In this document: one piece after another, positions 9,574-19,165 of the stretch | Position numbering within the stretch: the first letter of the stretch is position 1 | Layout: each line of letters begins with the position of its first letter | Assembly: GCA_964651495.1 (NCBI GenBank) | Contig: CAZYWP010000005.1 | Coordinates: 1 to 55,200 of the forward strand | Reading direction: 5' to 3' | DNA length: 55,200 nucleotides | From: an uncultured Eubacteriales bacterium | GTDB taxonomy: Bacteria; Acidobacteriota; Aminicenantia; Aminicenantales; UBA8522 | The notes under the pieces: generated by a model | Databases searched by the model: none | What the model saw: only the letters and a program-made list of their open reading frames with translations | What the model was told of the DNA's origin: nothing | Translations under genes and position numbers: made by a program

Positions 9574-10545
9574 TCACGCGGGCTTCAGGGCAAAAATGGG
9601 GTTCAACTCGGCGGCCAGCCGCCGCAGCCTGGCGTCTTCCTCCGGGCTGAGCGGCGAAAACCGGTGGGCCAGCTCGAGCGCTTTTCTGAACAGCCGGGCA
9701 TCGCCCGGCGGGACGGCCGCAGTTACAGGCTGGGAGAGCGTGAAGCGGAGCGAGAGGCCGGCTTCCTCCGAGTCGAGGATCGGCTGATACCAGCACTTGG
9801 GCCACTCTTTTCTCATGTCCTTGTCCGGCCAGGCCTGCCGGGCCAGGGCTTTCAAGGCCAGGATCCCCATCTTTTTTTCTCTGGCCGCGGCGATGACCTG
9901 CGGGCCGAAATCGGATTTGTAAAAACAGGCAAAATTGACCGGGAAGAGGATGGTGTCGAAATCGAACCGCTTCATCGCCAGAAGGGCGTCCTCGGCGGAG
10001 TGGGCGGAGAACCCGATGAACCGGATTTTCCCTTCCTTTTTGGCCTGGAGAAAGGTCTCGATGGCTCCGTTCGGCCCGAGTGCTTGGTCGACATCATCTG
10101 TTTTCGAGATGGCATGGAGCTGGTAGAGGTCGAAGTGATCGGTCTGGAGCTTGAGCAGGGACTGATGGAGCTCCTCCTCTGCGCCCGCCCGGTCCCTTTT
10201 GAGCGTCTTGCAGGCGAGGAAGACGTTCTTCCGGTGGGGCTTGAGCGCCGGTCCCATCCGGTCTTCGGCGTTGCCGTAGCTCGGCGCCACGTCAAAATAG
10301 TTGACCCCGTGCTCGACCGCTTCGCGGACGATCCGGTTGGCGACTTCCTGCTCTTCGTTGGCCAGGACGAGCCCCCCGAGCCCGATGATGGAAAGGGACT
10401 CTCCGGTGCTGCCGAGCGGCCGACGGGGAAGTTTCTCCCCTGCCGCTTCGCCCAGGAAGGCCGGCCGGGAACCTTTCCGGCGCCCGGCGCCCGAGACACT
10501 CAGAAGACCTGCCGAAAAAGCCTGCAGAAATTTTCGTCTTTCCAT
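9574..10545 (-). CDS. Aldo/keto reductase with twin-arginine (Tat) signal
   Basis: MERRKFLQ Tat motif; GVNYFDVAPSYG, LACKT, DLYQLH, GFSAH, ALKALA. Confidence 0.9.
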   Translation of the reverse strand: MERRKFLQAFSAGLLSVSGAGRRKGSRPAFLGEAAGEKLPRRPLGSTGESLSIIGLGGLVLANEEQEVANRIVREAVEHGVNYFDVAPSYGNAEDRMGPALKPHRKNVFLACKTLKRDRAGAEEELHQSLLKLQTDHFDLYQLHAISKTDDVDQALGPNGAIETFLQAKKEGKIRFIGFSAHSAEDALLAMKRFDFDTILFPVNFACFYKSDFGPQVIAAAREKKMGILALKALARQAWPDKDMRKEWPKCWYQPILDSEEAGLSLRFTLSQPVTAAVPPGDARLFRKALELAHRFSPLSPEEDARLRRLAAELNPIFALKPA

Positions 10546-10906
10546 TTTCTCTCCAAAGCTCAGAAGGGCATTCTACCAAAACTCCGCTGATGAGGACAAG
10601 AAAAGCAAACAGGCTGGACCCCAATGCATCCACGATCAATCTCATGAGTGGGTGACCGTCACGCTGGGACACTCTATTGTAGCGGAAAATGCCCGGGCCG
10701 GAAAAGCGAATTTTAGGCCCACCAACTCCGCCCTCCCGGGCCGCCGCCCGGTCGGTTCGCGCCTGCGGGACTCCGTCCTGGGCGATAGGACTGCCCGGAA
10801 CCGGTCAAGAGGCTCCGGGAAGCACTGAGATCTCTAGGGCCCGAACGGAGCTCAGTTCAGAACGCAAACCCTAAATAATGTATATTCGGGGGGTCATCTT
10901 CGAGTT

Positions 10907-10922
10907 TGGCACGATTCTTGAA
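10907..10922 (+). promoter_or_regulatory. Sigma54-like promoter TGGCACG-ATTC-TTGAA upstream of the beta-barrel gene
   Basis: Perfect -24 element TGGCACG with correct spacing; -12 element reads TTGA rather than TTGC. Confidence 0.5.
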
Positions 10923-11045
10923 TTAGTCGGTTTTGAGGCACCGAGCTAAAAATCATACCGGTGCGATCTTGTCTCTCTGAGCCGACGGAGTCCCGGGTTG
11001 CGCTCCGAATTCTGCGGCGGCTCCAGAGATGGAATAGGAGGAGGA

Positions 11046-11609
11046 ATGATGAAACGATGGCTGATTCGAACCTTATGTCTTGGCTTGCTTACGCTACCCA
11101 TGGCCCCTCTCTTCGGGCAGAACGGCTTCTACCTGGGGCTGCAGGCAGGGCTTTCCAACGAGAATCCGAGCGTAGACAAGATCAAATTTGACAGGAACTC
11201 GGCTTTCCTCTACGGCGGCCAAGTCGGATTCCGGATTCATTCGCTGGCCATCGAGGGCCGGTTCTTCCGGGCAGACCATGAGCTGCTCTCCCCAGACCCT
11301 CGGCTGGATAACTATGATGGACTCGGACTCAATTACTATTATCTCGGCGCCAACGCCAAGCTCGGGATCCCCCTGGCAATCATCTATCCATACTTGACTG
11401 TTGGGTACGGGCTCTATGCCGCCAAAGTCGAGGACATTGGCGATGAATCCACAGCATCCTTCAGCGTGGGTGGGGGCGTTGAGCTGACACTGGGTAAAGT
11501 CGGGCTTTTCGCGGAACTTCTGTATATCGATTTTTCGGTTGACCTCACGGGGAAGAGCTGGGACTTCGGCGGAATGAACGTGCACGCCGGCCTCAACTTT
11601 CATTTCTGA
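11046..11609 (+). CDS. Small outer-membrane beta-barrel protein (OmpA/OmpW-like porin family)
   Basis: GGAGGAGG RBS before ATG at 11046; signal peptide; amphipathic strands, YPYLTVGYG, GGGVE; terminal Phe (NFHF). Confidence 0.85.
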   Translation: MMKRWLIRTLCLGLLTLPMAPLFGQNGFYLGLQAGLSNENPSVDKIKFDRNSAFLYGGQVGFRIHSLAIEGRFFRADHELLSPDPRLDNYDGLGLNYYYLGANAKLGIPLAIIYPYLTVGYGLYAAKVEDIGDESTASFSVGGGVELTLGKVGLFAELLYIDFSVDLTGKSWDFGGMNVHAGLNFHF

Positions 11610-11648
11610 CCGACGGTGCGGATGAAAGAGCGGCCTCCGGTCAAATTC

Positions 11649-11807
11649 AGGCGCGGGCGCTGAGGCCGAGCGGGGTGACGACCATCTCCAGGAACTTCTG
11701 GCATTCTGCGCCGACCGGGCAGAACTTCTTAATTTCTTTAGTCCCCATCTGCGCATTGGCGTAAAGCTTGAGGCCGTGGAAGCGCTCGAGCTGCCGCGCC
11801 CGGGCGC
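11649..11807 (-). pseudogene. comM: Orphan 159-bp diverged fragment of the comM 3' region
   Basis: Ungapped alignment to 12544-12702 with 16 mismatches by hand count; bounded by in-frame TAA and TGA. Confidence 0.9.
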
Positions 11808-11984
11808 CTTAATTGAAGGCTCAAATGCTTTGTTCAGAATCCCGTATCTTAGATTATGTGTATTCCCTCAAATGTCTTCTCTATGAGGAAATCTTATGCT
11901 TCAGCTCCAGTTATTCCTCTGGTAGCCATATTTGCATATGACTTCTGGCCTCGGCTCTCCTCTTTCTCGTTTATTTTCGTCTTA

Positions 11985-12221
11985 TTATTTATTTGGATTC
12001 CATTCCTCGGAAATCCCGTTTTCTGATATTCTAACCCCTAAGATGAGTTCTTCGCCTCTAAAAATATAGGAATAACAAGCTCGTAAATTACTGCGCAATT
12101 CATTAATAGCCATCTCTTTTGCGGACAACAAATGATCAGCGCTTATACGATTGATTTCTAAATCTCCAGGATTAAAAAATTTAATGTTATATATTGCGAT
12201 TTTTGCCTCTTTTTTTTTCAA
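11985..12221 (-). CDS. Orphan 78-aa hypothetical protein in AT-rich DNA
   Basis: ORF track only; TTG start; no recognisable motif. Confidence 0.35.
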   Translation of the reverse strand: MKKKEAKIAIYNIKFFNPGDLEINRISADHLLSAKEMAINELRSNLRACYSYIFRGEELILGVRISENGISEEWNPNK

Positions 12222-12427
12222 AAGCTATTTTATATCAGTTTTTCAATTGTCATGTCAAAATTTGCTGGCGATTTACAAACGACCATAAACTTCTTCGGCA
12301 AGCTTCTTGGACTGTTGATAGATCACAACTATGACCTCATGCTGCCCGAGGAGGAAAAACACCCAAGGAGCGATTTCAGGGAAAGGCTGGGCTCAAAGTG
12401 TAAACAACTATGTTCAGTCCCACATTA

Positions 12428-13948
12428 TCAATAGTACCGGTCGATCATCCGGTACTGGATGGCTTCGGAGATGTGGGTGGGCGTGATGTCCGGCTCCCCG
12501 GCGAGGTCGGCGATAGTGCGGGCAACTTTAAGGATGCGGTCGTAGGCGCGGGCGCTGAGGCCGAGCCGCGTCACGGCCATCTCCAGGAGCTTCTGACATT
12601 CGACGCCGACCGGGCAGAATTTCTTAATTTCTTTAGTCCCCATCTGGGCGTTGGCGTAGAGCTTAAGGCCGCGGAAGCGCTCGAGCTGCCTTGCCCGGGC
12701 GCGGCTCACCCGCTCGCGGATTTTCTCCGATCCCTCCCCTTCCCCCTTCGAAACGATATCCCTGAATTTCACTTGAGGCATCTCAACCTGAATATCGATC
12801 CTGTCGAGGAGAGGGCCGGAAATCTTGGCATAATAGCGGCTTCGCTGAGCGTCCGTGCAATCGACCTCGGACCGGGCCAGCCCGCGGAACACATCCTCGC
12901 AGGGGTTCATGGCCGCGACCAGCATGAAAGACGAGGGAAAACTGACGCTCATCGACACCCGCGAAACAAGGACTCTGCCGTCCTCGAGGGGCTGTCTCAG
13001 GTCCTCCAGGACCTGGCGGCGGAATTCGGGGAGTTCGTCAAGGAACAAAACGCCGTTGTGAGCATAGCTGACCTCGCCGGGACGCGGGACCACTCCGCCG
13101 CCGATCAGACCGGCATCGGTGATCGTATGATGGGGAGAGCGAAACGGCCGCCCGTAGATCGCCCCCCTATCCTTGAGCAAACCGGCTGCGCTGTAAATTT
13201 GTGTCACCTCGATGATCTCCTCAAAGGTCATCGGAGGAAGGATGGAGGGAAGCCTCTTCGCCAGCATAGTTTTGCCGGCGCCCGGAGGGCCGATAAGCAG
13301 GATGTTGTGGGAGCCGGCCGCCGCCACCTCCAGGGCGCGCTTAGCGTGCTGCTGTCCTTTCACTTCGGCAAAGTCACCGTCATACGGCGGGGCCGTGAGA
13401 AGAGCGTCCAGGGAATAAGGACACGAAGGAATGCTTTCCGGCTCGTTGAGCAGCCGGTTGACCTGGACAAGATTCTCCAGGCCGTAGACCTCGAGGCCCC
13501 GGACCAGGGCGGCTTCTTTCTCGTTCTCTTTGGGGACGACGATCGCTCTGAATCCCTTTCCCTGGGCCAGGAGCGCGGCCGGGAGGATCCCCCGGACAGG
13601 CTTTAACCGCCCGTCGAGGGCCACTTCGCCCAGGAATAAGTAATCCTTGAGTCTCTCCTGGGGGATGACCCCGAGAAAAGCCAGCAGGCCGATGCTGATG
13701 GGGAGGTCGAACGCCGAACCCTCCTTGCGCCGGTCGGCCGGGGCCAGGTTGATCGTCAATTTTCGAGCGGGGAATTCAAACCCGCAGTTCTTGAGGGCCG
13801 CCCGGACGCGCTCCTTGCTTTCCCGGATGGCCGCATCCGGAAGCCCGACCGTGACAAAACCGGGAAGGCCGCCGGAGATGTCCACCTCGACCTCGACGAG
13901 ATAGGCCTCGATTCCGAGCAGGGCGGCGCTTGAGATTTTGACGAGCAT
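12428..13948 (-). CDS. comM: ComM/YifB Mg-chelatase-like AAA+ ATPase
   Basis: VGLPD.A.RES, INLAPAD.RKEGS.FDLPI, Walker A GPPGAGKT, FRSPHH, Walker B LFLDELPEF, SGPLLDRID, LSARAYDRILKVARTIADL. Confidence 0.96.
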   Translation of the reverse strand: MLVKISSAALLGIEAYLVEVEVDISGGLPGFVTVGLPDAAIRESKERVRAALKNCGFEFPARKLTINLAPADRRKEGSAFDLPISIGLLAFLGVIPQERLKDYLFLGEVALDGRLKPVRGILPAALLAQGKGFRAIVVPKENEKEAALVRGLEVYGLENLVQVNRLLNEPESIPSCPYSLDALLTAPPYDGDFAEVKGQQHAKRALEVAAAGSHNILLIGPPGAGKTMLAKRLPSILPPMTFEEIIEVTQIYSAAGLLKDRGAIYGRPFRSPHHTITDAGLIGGGVVPRPGEVSYAHNGVLFLDELPEFRRQVLEDLRQPLEDGRVLVSRVSMSVSFPSSFMLVAAMNPCEDVFRGLARSEVDCTDAQRSRYYAKISGPLLDRIDIQVEMPQVKFRDIVSKGEGEGSEKIRERVSRARARQLERFRGLKLYANAQMGTKEIKKFCPVGVECQKLLEMAVTRLGLSARAYDRILKVARTIADLAGEPDITPTHISEAIQYRMIDRYY

Positions 13949-14093
13949 GTCCGGCTAAAGGTAAAGACGCCGCCCCCACCGCTTTTTATCACTCTAAAGG
14001 TTGGTTTTTTTCCCCGCCTTCACAATCAAAACATCCTTCGAGAAAAAATGCCTGGTCCTTTCTCCCGTTAATTCAAAGGCTCTAAATTCCAGT

Positions 14094-15263
14094 TCAGTTA
14101 GCGAAATAGCCCACCCGGTGGGTGATCCGGTAATGATTCCCTTTAACTTTGATTGTGATATTCTTGAATTTCTTATCGGCCTTATAATCTCTGGGCTGAT
14201 AATACAGCAAATAATAATTCTCAGAGGCTTCTGTCGCCTTGCGCAAGGCGGATTCGATGTTGGCAGTGCTCTCCATGATTCCTCCCGTGGCGCGCGCGAC
14301 CTCCCGAAAAGCACTGTAGATATCTTCGGATTGCTCCGTCATGGTCACGCCTTGAGCCGGCATCATGTCTGTGATTTCTACCCCGGCAGCCTGCGCCGGC
14401 GCCTTCGTTATGAAAAGGAAGTGGGCGGCGATCGATGAATCCGAAAATGCCTTTCTGACGACGTCGACGTCAAACGTGATATCCCGTTTAAAAAAATGCA
14501 TCAAACTCATCATCTTATAACTTGCCAAGCCCATAATCCTCTTGGCATCGAGTTTTGGAATCATCTCTTTCTGGTAAAACAGGAACACGTGCTTCTGACC
14601 TTCCCTTTTTTTTAAATAAGAGGCGAAATCTAAAAGGCGCTTTTGATCGATAAACCTCATCTGTTCGAGCCTGTCCAGGAACACCTGATATAACTCATCA
14701 GGATCGCCAGCGACCCAGAGGGGATCCTGAGCGCTTAAAATAGACCTAAGATCTCTGATGATTTGCAGATACTCCGACCCTCCCATAACGATATCATGGC
14801 GGAGTTTTTCTAAAAGCTGATCCCTGACTTTTTCCCCGCCAAGAGCGGCCAGCGAATTCCCCTTCAATTTATAAGACTTTAAAGGAGTATAGATTTCCAG
14901 GGTATCCTCGGCCAGGAACACATCTCTAAAAAAATAGTCCATGGCCTTCCGGATTTCCGGGACATATTCGATCATTTGAAAAAGGAAGACGAATTGCCGC
15001 TGCACCGGAGGGGAAAATGTTTTAGGGCCTTCCTCTCGTTCGATTTTCGCCTTCTTGATTAAATAAACTGCCGCGACAGTCTGAGGTTTTCCATCCTCAT
15101 AGACTTCAAAGTCGTCAATCTTTAAATCATCGACAAATTTATCGCCTTGATAGACGCGGACGGGGACAGAGATATTGACTACGGTAACGTCATGGGAAAG
15201 TTCTTGAGAAAATAAGACGGCGCTAAAGACAATGATCCCCACCAAAAAGATTCTTTTTTTCAT
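14094..15263 (-). CDS. Secreted VWA-related (Acidobacterial VWFA-like) protein, paralogue 1
   Basis: Signal peptide; VVNI.VPVRV, DDL...DF...EDGK.Q, A.ATGG, YYLLYYQP, K...I..KV; ATG at 15263 preferred over TTG at 15275. Confidence 0.75.
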   Translation of the reverse strand: MKKRIFLVGIIVFSAVLFSQELSHDVTVVNISVPVRVYQGDKFVDDLKIDDFEVYEDGKPQTVAAVYLIKKAKIEREEGPKTFSPPVQRQFVFLFQMIEYVPEIRKAMDYFFRDVFLAEDTLEIYTPLKSYKLKGNSLAALGGEKVRDQLLEKLRHDIVMGGSEYLQIIRDLRSILSAQDPLWVAGDPDELYQVFLDRLEQMRFIDQKRLLDFASYLKKREGQKHVFLFYQKEMIPKLDAKRIMGLASYKMMSLMHFFKRDITFDVDVVRKAFSDSSIAAHFLFITKAPAQAAGVEITDMMPAQGVTMTEQSEDIYSAFREVARATGGIMESTANIESALRKATEASENYYLLYYQPRDYKADKKFKNITIKVKGNHYRITHRVGYFAN

Positions 15264-15452
15264 CCCATCTTTCAATCGCTTTTGGCCCTTTTTCTGCCTT
15301 TAGAAACGTCTTTTTTGCTGCGATGATAAAGTGGCCGATTGCCTAACGTTATCTGCTTCTTAGATTAAGATCTTTACAGAACAAAATGTCAATCATCGAG
15401 TTCGTTCACGGAAGCATTTCTGTTCGTGTGGAGTAATGAAATGGTGAGTAAC

Positions 15453-15688
15453 GAGGACGGGTGGCATGGCGCCAGTCCCCGCAACGCCCGGAGCGCAGGG
15501 GACCCCTCTCTTGACGGGTGCGGAGCGAGGAGATGGAGGGGGTTCCCAGGGGGCATACCCCCTGGGTCGCAGGATTCTTGTCCGAGAAGGGGAGGCAGTG
15601 AGCTTGGCGAACGTTGGAAGGGGGAAAGTGAAGCTTTCTCCCTCCAAGCGAGGACGGACGGGGACGCGCCATGACAGGACCCGTTCTC
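15453..15688. repeat. MITE/REP-like element, copy 1 (236 bp), with imperfect terminal inverted repeats and internal hairpin CCAGGGGG-CATA-CCCCCTGG
   Basis: Both ends match, in inverted orientation, the ends of 24586-24692. Confidence 0.8.
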
Positions 15689-15719
15689 ATCGCATAAATA
15701 GAAATGGTTCCGAATTCAC

Positions 15720-18155
15720 TCAGCGAAAGCGGCAGGAAATTCGGACGAAGATGCCGAGGAACCGTTTATCTTTACTATTCCGATCTATTTCGTATGGAAA
15801 AAAGCCGCTGCTCTCCTCCACCTCGAGAGCATAAAGGCAACGCCCTTTCCAGCGGACGCCGCGCGGCGAGGTCACACGCAGAACCGTTGGGCTGCTCGAC
15901 GCCGCGGCCCGCTCGATTTTCTGTTGCGCAGTCGCAAGCCGGATCCTCGTCTCCCCTTCGACCGGGCTGGAGAGCGTGAGCAAAAATTCGGAGACCGGCT
16001 TGACCGTCTGGACGACCAGAAACGCGCGGCTCGACCCCTTGACCCAGAACCCGCCGGCCTCTGCTCCATAGCTGTCTCCGTCCTGGGGAAATACGGCGGT
16101 ATTCCCGTCCTCCAGTCGAAATCCGTCGATGAGACGGACATCGCAGAACCGATAAGCCGTGACTAATGCGCCGAGGACGATGACGAGCGCGACATCAGAG
16201 AAGAACGCCAGACGACGGTGCTCCTGGCTATCCTTCCGCCCGGTTCTCCGCCAGAACAGAGTGATCCCCAGGACCGCGGGGATCCAGAAGGCCAACGGAA
16301 CCCAATTTCTGAGCTCCGCCGCCCGGGCGGAGAGCGAAGGAACGAGCTTGGTCCAGTCAACCGCAATGTTGCTCAAACCGGACAGAAATTTGCTGCTCAT
16401 CTCGCCGTCCCTGTCGAACGAGAGCGAGGAAAGGCCTTCGTGGTAGAGCAACCTGGGGTTTCGGACGGCGAAAAAAGTCAAAATCAGGCCGGCGGCAAGC
16501 AGGGCCGCGCCGATGACCCGCCCGGCGCGGCTGGGCACGATAGTGAATGCCCAGGCCAGGAACAACCCCATCACCCAGAGGACCGGAAGAAGCGGCCGGC
16601 CGGGCGGACAGTACCCTCCCCAGTACGGCGTGAAAGAGCAGAACAGCCAAAAAACGGCCAGGAGAGCGAAAAGGATGCCGGACTCCCTCGGGCGGCTCTT
16701 GCGGAGTGCCAGGAACCCGGCCAGGCTGAGAATATAAATGGGAGCAAAGACCATAAACCCCGCCCGCTGATCGAAGAGGAGTCCGAAGAACCGCCGTCCG
16801 AAGTCCACGACATTGGCCGCAAGAATCCGGGAGAGGGAGAAATCCCGGGCAGCGGCGGTTCCCAAGTAAACGCTTTTGGGCGAGAGGCTGCCGAATGACG
16901 ACAATAAAAAATAGAGAAAAAATGCGGCCGACGCGAAAAGCGGCGCGAAGAGGGCCGCCGCCCCGCGCAGACTCCTCCGGCCCGACTGGAAAAAGAGGAC
17001 AAGGATGACCAGGAAAGCCGTCAGCGCCAGGATGAGATATTTCAAGGCGAACCAGGGCAAGAGGCCCATTCCGAGCCCCGCCCAAAACAAATTCCGGGTG
17101 GACAGCCGCTTCTTCAGGACCAACTCCAGCGTTATCCATATCAAAATCAAGGCCGCCGGGATTTCGGGATAAATCAGATGAGAATAGAAAATCAGCGGAG
17201 CGGTGAAGCTGAAAATGATCCAGGCGGTCAGAGCGACAGAATTCCTTTTTGTCAGCTCCCGGACGGAAAGGAAGAAACCGAGGCCGAGCAGGGCGGCTAA
17301 AAGGCAAACCGGCAGACGGATGAAAAAGACCAGGACATCTTTTCGCTCGACGGCCCGACCGGTCAGACGGGAGAGGATGCCCCCCGCTTTTTCGCCCGCC
17401 GCATAGAAGGGGACGATCAGGAGGGGGAGGCCGGGAAAGTGCTTGGAGAAAAGGTATTTCTCCCCTTTCCGGCCGGGATAGGCATGCGGCTCCAGGCGGC
17501 CGCGGTAAAAATCCTCATAATTCCGGTCGAGATAGTCATTAAAGAGGTTGATATCGCCGTCGGCCAGGAGGCTCCTGGCCACGAGGACGTAGTGGGGCTC
17601 ATCTCCGGTCAAGGGCTGGGCCGGGACCACGAGACCGGAATTATAAACCGTGTAGACGCTCAGAGTGATCAGGAAGACGGCAAGGGGAAGCCGGCGGCCG
17701 GCGGTCTTTCCGCCGTCTAACCTGTCCTTCATCTGAGCCGGCAGAGTCCGGCGCGAGGGAATCCATTCGACCCGCATCAGAAAGACGGCCTGAAGGACAA
17801 GAAATCCCAGGGCTGAAACAAGGATGAGCGCGGGGTCGATATCGTTGAGATAGACAAAAGACTGGAGAAACGTCAGGGACAGAAAAAGTAAAGGTGATAA
17901 GGAGAGGGCCAGCGATTTCCTCAGCTCGCTCCGCGGCGCCCCCGTCTTCGATTCCAGGAACCGGGCATAGAGATCCACCGCTTTGAGAATGAGCGCCGCC
18001 GCAACAAGGACGATTCCCCCCAGAACCGGCCAGGCCCAGGCGAGCGGCCTTCCCGCCTCCCGCCATGGGTCCAGGATAAGACTGCGCCAGAGAAAAGAGG
18101 ACAGCGCCAGAATCTCCAACCCTAAAAGAAGACGATCTGTTTGCTTTCTCTTCAC
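15720..18155 (-). CDS. GT-C-fold polytopic membrane glycosyltransferase with C-terminal extracytoplasmic domain
   Basis: Many TM helices; GDEPHY acidic motif in the first loop; YPEIP; soluble beta-rich C-terminus. Confidence 0.75.
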   Translation of the reverse strand: MKRKQTDRLLLGLEILALSSFLWRSLILDPWREAGRPLAWAWPVLGGIVLVAAALILKAVDLYARFLESKTGAPRSELRKSLALSLSPLLFLSLTFLQSFVYLNDIDPALILVSALGFLVLQAVFLMRVEWIPSRRTLPAQMKDRLDGGKTAGRRLPLAVFLITLSVYTVYNSGLVVPAQPLTGDEPHYVLVARSLLADGDINLFNDYLDRNYEDFYRGRLEPHAYPGRKGEKYLFSKHFPGLPLLIVPFYAAGEKAGGILSRLTGRAVERKDVLVFFIRLPVCLLAALLGLGFFLSVRELTKRNSVALTAWIIFSFTAPLIFYSHLIYPEIPAALILIWITLELVLKKRLSTRNLFWAGLGMGLLPWFALKYLILALTAFLVILVLFFQSGRRSLRGAAALFAPLFASAAFFLYFLLSSFGSLSPKSVYLGTAAARDFSLSRILAANVVDFGRRFFGLLFDQRAGFMVFAPIYILSLAGFLALRKSRPRESGILFALLAVFWLFCSFTPYWGGYCPPGRPLLPVLWVMGLFLAWAFTIVPSRAGRVIGAALLAAGLILTFFAVRNPRLLYHEGLSSLSFDRDGEMSSKFLSGLSNIAVDWTKLVPSLSARAAELRNWVPLAFWIPAVLGITLFWRRTGRKDSQEHRRLAFFSDVALVIVLGALVTAYRFCDVRLIDGFRLEDGNTAVFPQDGDSYGAEAGGFWVKGSSRAFLVVQTVKPVSEFLLTLSSPVEGETRIRLATAQQKIERAAASSSPTVLRVTSPRGVRWKGRCLYALEVEESSGFFPYEIDRNSKDKRFLGIFVRISCRFR

Positions 18156-18290
18156 GAGGTGACAGCCCGCCTCTTCAATTCGGGCGACAATGTCAATTTT
18201 CCATTATTTTACGCCAAAAAAGAAAGAATTGGCTAATTGGTATTGTGTCCTGAAAACTGCCGGGAAGTGGATACTGCGTCTCGAGACCCA

Positions 18291-19100
18291 TCAGGTGGGT
18301 TGCGGTTTTTTCGGCTTGATCAGGAACTCCTGGGACAGCTTGTCCAGTTCCATCTCGATCTCTTCGAGGGTTCTGAGCTTCATCCTTTTCTCGTGGGCCT
18401 CGGCGTTATCGAAGGAATGGACGTAACTGGGGTCTTTCTGCGCGGCCTCATTGACCGCTTCCTTGACTTTCTCGGCCTCCTCGGCCAGCTCTTCCTCCTG
18501 CGGCCTGATCCCCAGGACCTTTTCTTTCACCGCCGGGACGGTCAGCTTGGCGATCTCCTTCAGGGTTTCGAAAACACCGACGCCGTTGATCGCCGAGGCT
18601 TCGACCGAGGGCAGATTGAGCGGGTTGAGCAACTGGTTGAAGGTCTCGACCGGGATCAGGTTGTCCAGGTCCCGTTTATTGTACTGGAAGACGAGGGGGA
18701 GGAAATTGATGTCGATATCCAGGGAGAGCAGGTTGCGTCTCAGGTTGTCGAAGCTCTCCAGGTTGGCATCGAGGAGTGGGATCTGGGAATCGGCCACAAA
18801 GACGATCCCGTCCGAACCGCGGAGGACGTTCTTGCGCGAAGCTTCGTAGAAAATCTGCCCGGGCACGGTCATGAGCTGGAAATGAACCCGGTAGTCGCCG
18901 ACCAGGCCGGCCTTGACCGGCAGGAGGTCGAAAAAATAGGTCCGCTCGGTGTCCGTCTCCAGGCAGACAAGGTCCCCGCGCGAGGTCGGGTCGAGCTTGA
19001 AATAAATGCAGCGGAGGTTGGTCGTCTTGCCGCTCAGCCCCGGGCCATAGTAGACGATCTTGATCGCCAGGTTCTTGGTGACGTGGTTGACGAATGCCAT
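18291..19100 (-). CDS. mglA: MglA-family small GTPase with C-terminal extension
   Basis: KIVYYGPGLSGKTTNL, ERTYFFD, TVPGQ..Y, DGIVFVADS, QYNKRD, A.A.NG.GV; start reassigned to ATG at 19100. Confidence 0.88.
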   Translation of the reverse strand: MAFVNHVTKNLAIKIVYYGPGLSGKTTNLRCIYFKLDPTSRGDLVCLETDTERTYFFDLLPVKAGLVGDYRVHFQLMTVPGQIFYEASRKNVLRGSDGIVFVADSQIPLLDANLESFDNLRRNLLSLDIDINFLPLVFQYNKRDLDNLIPVETFNQLLNPLNLPSVEASAINGVGVFETLKEIAKLTVPAVKEKVLGIRPQEEELAEEAEKVKEAVNEAAQKDPSYVHSFDNAEAHEKRMKLRTLEEIEMELDKLSQEFLIKPKKPQPT

Positions 19101-19165
19101 AGCTGCGCCTTTATTTCTCCTCAATCCTTAGCATACATCTCCGGTGATGTCAAACCGCCTCCCGT

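Noticed and set aside
10740-10860. GC-rich stretch with short stems and ACTG...GGGAAG / GGAAGCA words resembling a cobalamin riboswitch or SRP RNA
   Set aside because: Other conserved elements are missing, the stems are only 5-6 bp in GC-rich DNA, and it lies upstream of the candidate sigma54 promoter. An Rfam cmscan would be decisive.
11649-12702. comM repeat pair as a diversity-generating retroelement template/variable repeat
   Set aside because: Mismatches are not adenine-specific on either strand, are mostly synonymous, and there is no reverse transcriptase in the window.
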